From Armatimonadota bacterium (GTDB lineage Bacteria > Armatimonadota > Fimbriimonadia > Fimbriimonadales > GBS-DC): DNA of 64,000 nucleotides. Under the pieces are notes generated by a model, which saw only the letters and a list, made by a program, of their open reading frames with translations, had not been told where the DNA came from and ran no database searches. Shown here one piece after another: positions 46,073-54,617 of the stretch. The position numbers and the translations under genes are program-made. Position 1 is the stretch's first letter, and each line of letters starts with the position of its first letter. The DNA is taken from the NCBI GenBank assembly GCA_037444405.1, contig JBBIML010000008.1:154957-218956 (forward strand), written 5' to 3'.

Positions 46073-46936
46073 CTACCTCCCTTCCGAATCGCCGAAGAAG
46101 GCGCCGCGCTCCAGCGAGAGCCAGTAGCGCAAGCCCGTCGCGATCGCGCCCAGCATGATGCCGAACCACATCGCGCGCACCGCCGCCGTGTTGACCACAT
46201 AGAGCAGCCACTGGCTCATGGCGGGCAACCACAACGGTTCAGGCAGCGCATGCGTGAGCCATAAGCCAATCGGAATCTGACCCAGCATCACAATCAGCGC
46301 CGCCCCAATCATCACCAGCGCTTCGGCGGAGCGCACCCGAAACGCGCGATAGGCGGCGGTGGTGATATGAAAGGCGAGCAGCGAAAAAACCGTTGACCCC
46401 ATCGGGCGCAACATCGAGTTGAACACCAGCTCGTTCACCGATTTGAGCCAGCCGCCGGGCAGACCATAGCCCATCCCCGCAATCATGCCCACCGCCACCG
46501 CGATAAAGAACGCGACGCTGTTGTACCATTCGGGACGCCGCCGACGGATGGTGTTGCCGTGAACCATGGCGAGGCTGATCAGCCCCATGCCCCACGCCAT
46601 CGCCATCAGCACCACGAAGAAGTTGTTCACGGCGGGCAGCCAGTCGCTGAGGTAGGTGGTGGGACCCGCTCGCAGGCGGTCGCCGGGCGCCAGCTGGGCT
46701 GGCTCCACACGCTCATAACTGCCATTCGGGCGCTGGCGATAGAACGCCATACCGGGCTGAAGGGGCACACGCACGGTCGCCCCATCGGTTCGCAGCAGCA
46801 CCGAATCGGCGCGTATTTCCACCACCGTGCCCTGCACGGTTCGCCACGGCACGGTGGGCGGCACCACGAACTCCAGGAAATAGTACAGCCCCGCGATGAA
46901 GGTCAGCCCCACAATCAGCAGGCGTTTCGTGTCCAT
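46073..46936 (-). CDS. Conserved multi-TM membrane protein (DUF6754-module component)
   Basis: TVFSLLAFHI..AAYRAFRVRS.EA...MLGQIPIG...LGAIA..LR..L.LE motifs; small beta insert near the N-terminus. Confidence 0.82.
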   Translation of the reverse strand: MDTKRLLIVGLTFIAGLYYFLEFVVPPTVPWRTVQGTVVEIRADSVLLRTDGATVRVPLQPGMAFYRQRPNGSYERVEPAQLAPGDRLRAGPTTYLSDWLPAVNNFFVVLMAMAWGMGLISLAMVHGNTIRRRRPEWYNSVAFFIAVAVGMIAGMGYGLPGGWLKSVNELVFNSMLRPMGSTVFSLLAFHITTAAYRAFRVRSAEALVMIGAALIVMLGQIPIGLWLTHALPEPLWLPAMSQWLLYVVNTAAVRAMWFGIMLGAIATGLRYWLSLERGAFFGDSEGR

Positions 46937-46945
46937 CCGCCACCT

Positions 46946-47719
46946 CTATCGCCCCGTGAGGGCATGCACAATTGGGTTCTCCGCGCCGAAAAGGGTGGTT
47001 GCCAGCACGCCCAGCAACAACAGGCACAACAGCCCGATTTTGGCGTAGTCCTGACCCACCAGACTGCCCAGCATGGTTGGCTCGCGCGTGAGGTAGGCGC
47101 TCGCGGCGTACAGCTCCTCGCCGATAATCGTGTAGTCGCAGCTGGCGATGAAGAAGGGCACCTGAAAATAGTCGTCAGTGCCCGCAATCTGCATCGCGCC
47201 CGTGCGCTGACCCGGCTCGGCGAGCAGCAGCGAGGTGTAGTCGTACATGCCGAAGAAAAAGTGCGAGGCGGTCTGCTCCTGCAGCATCAGGTCAGCGGTG
47301 GCGAGGGCGAGCTGGTCGCTCTGGGCAGCGATGAAGCGGATGTCGGACGGCTCAAACCGTTCGGGATGCCCCCCGCTCTCGCATGCCTGGCGAATGACCG
47401 CTTCGAGAATGGGCACCATCACGGGGAAAGCAGTGACGGTCAGCAGGCGCAGGTTGAGCCGCGCGGCTTGCCGCGCGACATGGCTTAGCACGCCGAGCGC
47501 GGCGAGCGTGCTGATTGCCTGCACATCGCCCACGCCCGGGTGAAACAGCAGCGGTCTGCCCGTTTCAGCGGCGCGCCCAATCGCTTCGTCGATGGCGTTC
47601 AGCCCCGCGATGCGCCGGATAAAGATGGGACGCCCGCGCCGCGCCGCCCCGATGCCCCACAGAATCAGCCCGCCAATCGCGCCGATCGCTATCAGCATCT
47701 GCAGGTTCGCATGCTCCAT
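46946..47719 (-). CDS. DUF6754-domain protein
   Basis: IRRIAGLNAIDEAIGRAAETGRP...QIAGT...Q.PFF..CDYTIIGEELYAASAYL...GSL.GQD. Confidence 0.82.
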   Translation of the reverse strand: MEHANLQMLIAIGAIGGLILWGIGAARRGRPIFIRRIAGLNAIDEAIGRAAETGRPLLFHPGVGDVQAISTLAALGVLSHVARQAARLNLRLLTVTAFPVMVPILEAVIRQACESGGHPERFEPSDIRFIAAQSDQLALATADLMLQEQTASHFFFGMYDYTSLLLAEPGQRTGAMQIAGTDDYFQVPFFIASCDYTIIGEELYAASAYLTREPTMLGSLVGQDYAKIGLLCLLLLGVLATTLFGAENPIVHALTGR

Positions 47720-47813
47720 GCCACCTCCTGCTTACGACCGGGCGCGCGGTTTTCCTGTCAGGCTCCCGGAGTGGCAGGAGATTGCTATCGGGGGGCGAAC
47801 AAGCGGAACTTGT

Positions 47814-49802
47814 ATGGCAGTGCCGGACGAGTTGCAACGGGCGCGGCGCACGGCGGAGGAGGTCGCCGCCGAAGAGCGCCGATTCGAAGACGGGTTCACC
47901 CTCCGCACCTTTCTGGGTCTGCTGTTCGTGGCGTTCGTGATGTTGCCCGGCAGCATCTATATGGGGCTGGTGGCGGGCGTGGGGCTGGGTTCCGCCGCCG
48001 AATGGGTCACCATCGTGCTGTTCGCGGAGGTGATGCGCCGCTCGCTCCAGCCGCTCAAGCGGCAGGAGATTTACATGCTGTTTTATATCGCGTCCGCGCT
48101 CACCGCGATGGGGCTGTACGGGCTGTCGGGCGGACCCCTGCAGTGGAAAATCTGGGATCAGTTCTTCATTCAGTCGGCGCCTGCCACACCCTTCGCAAAG
48201 GAGATCCCGCACTGGGCGGTGCCCGCGCCCGATTCGGTCGCCCTGCGCGAGCGCACCTTCTTCCATCCTGACTGGTTCCTCCCGCTGGGGCTGCTGATTT
48301 TGACCGAGATTCTGGGGCGTGCCAGCTGGATGAGCATGGGCTACATGGTTTTTCGGATGACCTCCGATGTGGAGCGGTTGCCGTTCCCGCTGGCGCCCGT
48401 GGCGGCGTCGGGCGCACTCGCGCTGGCGGAGGCGGGACGACGCGAAGAATCGTGGCGCTGGGGCGTCTTCTCCACCGGCGCCGTCGTCGGCATGGCGTTC
48501 GGATTCTTCTATCTGGCAATCCCCGTGTTCACAGGCACGCTGTTCGGCGACGCCGTGCAGATTATCCCCATCCCCTTTCTGGATTTGACCCAGAATGTGG
48601 AGAATCTCCTGCCGACCGCCATCATTGGCGTCTCACTCAATCTGGGCGAGGTGCTGCTTGGCTTCGTGCTGCCCTATCAGATTGTGCTGGGTTCAGCCAT
48701 CAGCTCCGTTCTGACCTATGTGCTGGCGAACCCGCTGCTGTATCAGTTGGGGCTGATCCGGAGCTGGCAGCCGAACTCGCCCGTGATGCAGACCAAAATC
48801 TCCGTCGATATCGACTTCTGGCTGGCGATTATTGTGGGGTTGCAGCTGGCGGTGGCGGCGATTGGCGTCGGGATGGTGATTCGCACCCTGCGCGAGCATG
48901 GTCGCCAGCGGGCGTTGCAGGCGCGCGGGCTGATACCGCCCCCCGCAGGACGCGGCGACCCGCCCCTGTGGATACCCGCCCTCATCTGGCTGGTTTCGGT
49001 GGTGTCTTACATTCTGCTGTGCCGCTGGCTGGTGCCGGAGTTCCCCCTCTGGATTGTAGTGCTGTTCGGGCTGTTCTGGAGTCCGCTGAACAGCTATGTG
49101 TCGGCGCGAATGATCGGGCTGACGGGTCAGGGCGTGTCGGTGCCGTTTTTGAAGGAGGTGGCGGTCATCAGCAGTGGCTATCCGAAGGTGGACATCTGGT
49201 ACGCGCCGCTGCCCCTGCAGGACTACGGCTGGGCAGCCCAGCGGTTCCGCGAGGTGGAACTCACCGGCACAAGGTTCACCAGCATCCTGAAAGCCGAGCT
49301 GGTGATGCTGCCGACGATTTTCATCGCCAGCTTCCTGTTCTGGTCGTTCTTCTGGAAAGCCAGCCCGATCCCGTCGTCGCTGTTTCCCTATGCGATGCGG
49401 ATGTGGCCCTACTTCGCGCAGATGGACGCCGTGTGGAAGCAGATCAATCGCCCGGAGAGCGAGATGCGCGAGCTGGTGCTGGGCGCGTTGAACCTGCCGC
49501 GCATCGGGATCGGCTTTCTAATGGGTCTGGGTCTGTACGGGCTGTTCAGCGCGTTCAAGATGCCGCTGCTGCTCTTCTACGGGCTTGTGGGCGGTGTGGG
49601 TCAGTTCCCGCATTATACGCTACCGCGCCTGTTCGGCGCATGGCTGGGCATGCGCTACTTCCGCCGACGGTTCGGCGAGGAAAACTGGATTCGCTATGCG
49701 CCCGTGCTGCTGGCAGGCTTCTTCTGCGGCATGGGGCTGATCGGCATGTTCGCGATTGCGCTCGCGCTGATCGCCAAATCGGTCTCCGTGCTGCCGTTTT
49801 AG
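47814..49802 (+). CDS. OPT-like (peptide transporter-type) polytopic membrane protein
   Basis: FEDGF..., AAEWVTIVLF.E and TSDVERLPFP motifs; about 15 hydrophobic segments. Confidence 0.78.
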   Translation: MAVPDELQRARRTAEEVAAEERRFEDGFTLRTFLGLLFVAFVMLPGSIYMGLVAGVGLGSAAEWVTIVLFAEVMRRSLQPLKRQEIYMLFYIASALTAMGLYGLSGGPLQWKIWDQFFIQSAPATPFAKEIPHWAVPAPDSVALRERTFFHPDWFLPLGLLILTEILGRASWMSMGYMVFRMTSDVERLPFPLAPVAASGALALAEAGRREESWRWGVFSTGAVVGMAFGFFYLAIPVFTGTLFGDAVQIIPIPFLDLTQNVENLLPTAIIGVSLNLGEVLLGFVLPYQIVLGSAISSVLTYVLANPLLYQLGLIRSWQPNSPVMQTKISVDIDFWLAIIVGLQLAVAAIGVGMVIRTLREHGRQRALQARGLIPPPAGRGDPPLWIPALIWLVSVVSYILLCRWLVPEFPLWIVVLFGLFWSPLNSYVSARMIGLTGQGVSVPFLKEVAVISSGYPKVDIWYAPLPLQDYGWAAQRFREVELTGTRFTSILKAELVMLPTIFIASFLFWSFFWKASPIPSSLFPYAMRMWPYFAQMDAVWKQINRPESEMRELVLGALNLPRIGIGFLMGLGLYGLFSAFKMPLLLFYGLVGGVGQFPHYTLPRLFGAWLGMRYFRRRFGEENWIRYAPVLLAGFFCGMGLIGMFAIALALIAKSVSVLPF

Positions 49803-50629
49803 CCCTTCAGCCCCGTGAGCGTGATGCCGCGAATGAACGCCCGCTGGGTAAGCAGAAACACGACCACCAGCGGCGCCGTGACCACAACCGCCGCCGCCAT
49901 CAGCAGGTTCCACTGCTCGCCGTGCCGACCCAGAAAATATTGTAAGCCGACCGCCAGTGTGAACTTGCTGGCGTCGTTGAGATAGATTAGCGGCGCCATG
50001 AAGTCCGTCCACGCCCACACGAACGCAAAAAGCGCGACGGTCGCAATCGCGGGTCGTGCCAGCGGCGCCACCACCCGCCACAGGATCGTCCAGTCGGTCG
50101 CGCCGTCCAGATAAGCCGCGTCGATCAGCTCCTGCGGCAGGGTCAGAAAGAACTGGCGCAACATAAAAATCAGGAAGGCGTTCCCGAAGAAGGCGGGCAC
50201 AATCAGCGGCAGGAAGGTGTCCACCCAGCCCAGCCAGCGAAAGAGCAGAAACACGGGCAGCAGCGTGACCTGCGGGGGCAGCATCAGCGTGGCGAGCATC
50301 ACCCAGAACCAGAAGTTGCGCCCGCGCCAGCGCATCCGCGCGAACGCATAGGCGGGCGGCAAACAGCTCAAAACCGTGCCCACCACCACGAAGCCCGCTA
50401 TCAGCAGGGTGTTGCGCAGATAGAGCCAGAAGGGGAAGGCGCTCAGCGCCTGCCGATAGTTCTCCCACGCGACGCGCGACGGGATCCACACGATGCGCTC
50501 CGTGAACAGCTCGTTATCGGGTTTCAGCGAGGTGGACACCATCCACGCTATCGGCAGCAAAAACAGCGCCGCCAGCCCCATTAACATCAGATGCGCCGCC
50601 ACACGCGCCCAACCACGCCCGAACCGCAT
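49799..50629 (-). CDS. Carbohydrate ABC transporter permease (MalG-like)
   Basis: EAA-like loop ELIDAAYLDGA; FMLRQFF and W.DF..PLIYL motifs. Confidence 0.92.
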   Translation of the reverse strand: MRFGRGWARVAAHLMLMGLAALFLLPIAWMVSTSLKPDNELFTERIVWIPSRVAWENYRQALSAFPFWLYLRNTLLIAGFVVVGTVLSCLPPAYAFARMRWRGRNFWFWVMLATLMLPPQVTLLPVFLLFRWLGWVDTFLPLIVPAFFGNAFLIFMLRQFFLTLPQELIDAAYLDGATDWTILWRVVAPLARPAIATVALFAFVWAWTDFMAPLIYLNDASKFTLAVGLQYFLGRHGEQWNLLMAAAVVVTAPLVVVFLLTQRAFIRGITLTGLKG

Positions 50630-50643
50630 GCCAGATTGCAACC

Positions 50644-50808
50644 CTAACACCCGCTGCCGAAATGGAACAACACGATTAGCACGATGTCGGGGCGGTTCTG
50701 CGCCAGTGTAGCAGTCAGTGCCATCAGCCCGATGGTCAGGCTCGTCACCAGCCGCAGCCACATCCTCTGCGCTCCACCATTCCGAACCGACTGTCGCGCT
50801 TGCATCAT
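50644..50808 (-). pseudogene. Collapsed 54-codon remnant of a secreted dockerin-tagged protein
   Basis: Manual translation MMQARQSVRNGGAQRMWLRLVTSLTIGLMALTATLAQNRPDIVLIVLFHFGSGC*. SD AAGGAGG and TATAAT upstream; the C-terminus matches the [11 protein letters not shown] ends of the neighbours. Confidence 0.7.
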
Positions 50809-50926
50809 CGTCTGCCTCCTTCTCTGGCTGCCTCTTTCCTACTAATTATACACCACTTTGCAGGTCCTTCCTGCCGCTCTCAAAGCCACAACCGGATTGG
50901 ATTTTTCGAACACCCCTCTTTACCTC

Positions 50927-50956
50927 TTGACACAGGCTTCCATTGTGGGGTATAGT
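50927..50956 (+). promoter_or_regulatory. sigma70-type promoter of the dockerin-tagged gene pair
   Basis: TTGACA-N18-TATAGT. Confidence 0.7.
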
Positions 50957-51025
50957 TAACTTGCAGTCAAGGGCGCGTGCATCGCCCGGTTGCCCCTGAC
51001 GCGCCCGCGATGCGGAGGAGGTGTG

Positions 51026-52555
51026 ATGATGAGGGCGTCGCGCCCAATACGGTCAGAATGGCAGACTCTCGTTAGGGGGTTTGCAAGCGTGCTTGCGCTG
51101 TGTGCGACCTGTATTTCCGCGCTCTACGCTCAGTTTGAACCACGTTAGTCCACCCCGGTTCCGTTCTCCGCGAATGGAGCTTTCTATCAGGGCGACTTCT
51201 ACACGCTTGGGGTAGCAGGACGTACCGTCACACTCTATCGCCTTTCGCCCGATGGCACGCTCACCTCGCTCTGGAGCCACACCGAATCGCCCCGGTCGGG
51301 ATATCAACCATGGGGTTCTCCGTGGACGGCGATTGATCCCGCTGCCAATCGCTTTTTGCTGGGCATCTCTTTCACCAGCGGGTATCTGGGGCGATATGAC
51401 CTGTGGGCGCTCGATCTGAACGGGCGTTTCGTGTGGCTCTACCAGGAGACTTCCTCTTCGGATGTCTTCTGGCTTAGTGGAGATGGTCAGGGTGGGGCTA
51501 TTCAAGTGGTGGGACGGTGGTATCCCCCTAACTATCTCCGTGCTATTCGGTGGTACAGCGCGCATGGTGAGCCAGTCAGAGTCCAGCAGGTGGAAGGAAC
51601 TCCCGTGGGCATAGACACGCGCAACCGACTCGTAACGGTTTCAACCATCTCCGGGGACTACGCTATCATCGGCTATCGCTATTACTGGTACGATATCTTC
51701 ACGGGGCGGATGGTTCAATCGGCAGAATGGCGGGCGCCGGATCGCCGTTATTATGCAAGCTATTATCGGATAATCCTTGACCGAGCAGGAAACCTGTATC
51801 ACATCTCAGCGTTTGAGTCAGGCTCACCGCCTTACTATTCGGTTCTGCTCTCCATCTCTGCTGATGGACAGATTCGCTGGGAGCAAATCCTGCAAAGGGA
51901 CGGGCGCGTATTCCTGACCGCCCACCATGTTTCTGCTGATAACTCGCTGATGATTGTTGAGTATGCCCATGAGGTTATGGAGTTCTGGTTGCGCAGGCTC
52001 TCAGCGGAGAGCGGGGAGCCGATTGGAGCGCCCTGGCGAATCTATCAGGCTGTGGGTCTACCGCCCTATGAAGCCCGGTGGATTACAGATCGCTATGACT
52101 ACTTTGCGGTGGTGGCAAGCGATGCGCACTCATTCTATCTGGTGGTGCCAGAGGGGCATATCGATATCGGCCACGCGGACTCTAGATGGATAATGGATCG
52201 CCAGATGCTGGTGCGTGTCAGCCTGGCGGGTGAACTGCGCGCCCAGTTCGAGATACCGCAATCCTCCATTCAATCGCTCGTGATTCGGCTGGAACCTGTT
52301 GGGAACGACCTGTGGCTTTTTGAGGAGCCCGAGCCTTACCGGAACACCGGGAAAATCTACAGCTATCGCGTGCGGGCGGTACGCGCCGATGGCGACGGGA
52401 ATGGCGATGGCTGTGTGGATGACAGCGACCTGCTGGGCGTGCTGTTCGCGCTCGGCAGTCAGAACCGCACCTGGGATTTCAACAGCGATGGGGTCGTCGA
52501 CGATGGCGATCTCCTGCGCGTGCTAACCCATTTCGGGCTTGGTTGCTCGTTATAG
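51026..52555 (+). pseudogene. Secreted beta-propeller-like protein with C-terminal dockerin-like tag, interrupted by in-frame TAG at 51146-51148
   Basis: SD GGAGGAGG, ATG 51026, signal peptide ...LYA-QFEPR*STP... continues in frame into ORF 51356-52555, which ends GDGNGDGCVDDSDLLGVLF...DGDLLRVLTHFGLGC. Confidence 0.75.
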
Positions 52556-52568
52556 GAGGTGAACCAAA

Positions 52569-54617
52569 ATGCGCAGACGGATAAAGTTGGTAGGGACACT
52601 GGGGTTACTGTTGTTAGCTGGGGCGATGCAGGCGCAGTTGACGGTAATCTGGCAGCGCCCCGATTTGCTTCCCGATAGCTTGCTGATTCTGCCAGGTATG
52701 TCAGGAGCTCTGGTTGCCGACTACTCCAGGGCATGTCTGCTGCCGCTGCCCGATGGCAGGCTCCAGCGTATAGTGCTCCGCAATGAGGAAGTAGTCTCGG
52801 TCACCCCTAATGGGCGCTGGCTGGTAACTGTCTCTGGTTCGCGTGTGCGGGTTCGTAGCCTGCCCGATTTTGCCCTTGTTCGTGAAATCGATCCCCCTGA
52901 CATTGGCAGAGCCTCTGGCGCCGTTCAACATACCAATAGCGCCTTTCCCACTCCCGATGGAACCCATTTGCTGGTGAGTATCGACGCCTGTGAATGGGTG
53001 GATGATTGTAACTGTATGCCTGTCGGCTATGCAGTGATGCTGGTGCGGGTTGCCGATGGTCAGGTCATCTGGGAGCGTGTGCAGGATGAAGAGCTGTTCC
53101 TTTTAGCCCTCTCGCCTGATGGGCAACAGGCGCTGGTGGAGAACAGCTACAAGGTAGAGATATTGCGCGTGTCGGATGGCGCGGTGCTGTACAGCTTGCC
53201 TCACAGGGTCGTTTCAACTGCCTATTCTCCCGATGGGCAACTGTTTGCGCTGGGACACTGGAATGGAACCGTTACTCTCCATCGTGCGAGCGACGGCACT
53301 CTCGTGCGCACCTTTCAGATGCCAGGCAACCGCTATGCGCAACGGCTCCGCTTCTCTCCGAACAGCAGCTATCTGGCAGCCCTGGAGGGTGAGCGAGTTC
53401 TGATCTGGGATGTGTCCACCGGCACAACACTGAGCGATATCGAGCCACATGGTCGAGCCACTCGCTCTGTCGATTTCTACAACAACGAGCAGCTTCTCAC
53501 ACTGGGCGAGGAAATGGACTATACCCTCACGACCCGACTGCTGGACTGGCAAACGGGCGCTTCTGTTCGGCAGTGGCTGTGGGTCATATCTCGATGCAGT
53601 CAGGTTCGATTCACTCCCGATGGACAGTCGCTGGGCGCGCTGTCGGGGGGCTACCTTATCATTTTCTGGAGCCTCTCTGATGGCTTATGGCAGCACATGC
53701 TCAAGGTGCGGGAACGGATAGAGCTCTTTGAGTTTCTGCCTGGTCAATCGGCAATCGTTACCGCGGGTCCCGATCAGGTGCTTCGTCTGCGGGATTTAGC
53801 AACAGGGGGTCAGCGCTGGGGGGTGGTTGCGCATGACAGCGCTCTGACCGACATCGCCTCCTCGCCTGACGGCGCACGCATCGCCACTGCCAGCTATGAG
53901 CGCGTGCTGAAGTGGTGGAACGCGGCGAACGGAACCCTGCTGAATAGCTTCGGCAGTCATCTGGGCGGGGTTACGGCGATCGATGTTTCACCTGACGGCA
54001 CCCTGCTGGCTTCCGCCAGCTACGATGGCACAGTTCGCCTCTGGCAGACCGCTACGGGAATGCTCCTACGCATCTTCAGCGGGCATAGCGGCACCGTGTG
54101 GGATGTGGCATTCATTCCGAACAGCACCCTGCTGGTCTCGGCAGGGGCGGATGGCACCCTGCGCCTCTGGGACATCGGGACAGGGACAGCGCTGCGCACA
54201 TGGCAAGCGGCTGCAGGCGGGGTCTATCGGCTGGGTGTATCGCCCACAGGACACATCATCGCCTCCACGGGGGAGGACGGCGCCCTGCGCTTCTGGACGC
54301 GCACTGCAGAGCTGCTCTGGACCTTGACACCGCCGCCAGCGTTCCGGGTGATCGACTTTGACTTCTCCTCTCAGTCGCCATATTTTGCTCACATCCTCCT
54401 TTCGGAGTCACTGTATGATTCGCTGACGGTGATGGCGACTTTCACCCTGCCGGGCGATGTGGATCGCAACGGCTGCGTGGACGATGGCGACCTGCTGCAG
54501 GTGCTGTTCGCGTTCGGACAGACGGGCGATGTGCCCGCTGATGTGGATGGAAACGGCGTCGTGGATGACGGCGACCTACTGATTGTGCTGTTTCGGTTCG
54601 GTCTCGGTTGCGAGTGA
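52569..54617 (+). CDS. Secreted WD40-repeat protein with C-terminal dockerin-like double EF-hand tag
   Basis: Signal peptide; SPDG..LASAS.DGTVRLW repeats; GDVDRNGCVDDGDLL...[15 protein letters not shown]. Confidence 0.92.
   Translation: MRRRIKLVGTLGLLLLAGAMQAQLTVIWQRPDLLPDSLLILPGMSGALVADYSRACLLPLPDGRLQRIVLRNEEVVSVTPNGRWLVTVSGSRVRVRSLPDFALVREIDPPDIGRASGAVQHTNSAFPTPDGTHLLVSIDACEWVDDCNCMPVGYAVMLVRVADGQVIWERVQDEELFLLALSPDGQQALVENSYKVEILRVSDGAVLYSLPHRVVSTAYSPDGQLFALGHWNGTVTLHRASDGTLVRTFQMPGNRYAQRLRFSPNSSYLAALEGERVLIWDVSTGTTLSDIEPHGRATRSVDFYNNEQLLTLGEEMDYTLTTRLLDWQTGASVRQWLWVISRCSQVRFTPDGQSLGALSGGYLIIFWSLSDGLWQHMLKVRERIELFEFLPGQSAIVTAGPDQVLRLRDLATGGQRWGVVAHDSALTDIASSPDGARIATASYERVLKWWNAANGTLLNSFGSHLGGVTAIDVSPDGTLLASASYDGTVRLWQTATGMLLRIFSGHSGTVWDVAFIPNSTLLVSAGADGTLRLWDIGTGTALRTWQAAAGGVYRLGVSPTGHIIASTGEDGALRFWTRTAELLWTLTPPPAFRVIDFDFSSQSPYFAHILLSESLYDSLTVMATFTLPGDVDRNGCVDDGDLLQVLFAFGQTGDVPADVDGNGVVDDGDLLIVLFRFGLGCE

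Noticed and set aside
51146..51148. Pyrrolysine or stop-codon reassignment
   Set aside because: TAG ends several bona fide genes in the window and no pyl genes are visible; a TGG>TAG change is simpler.
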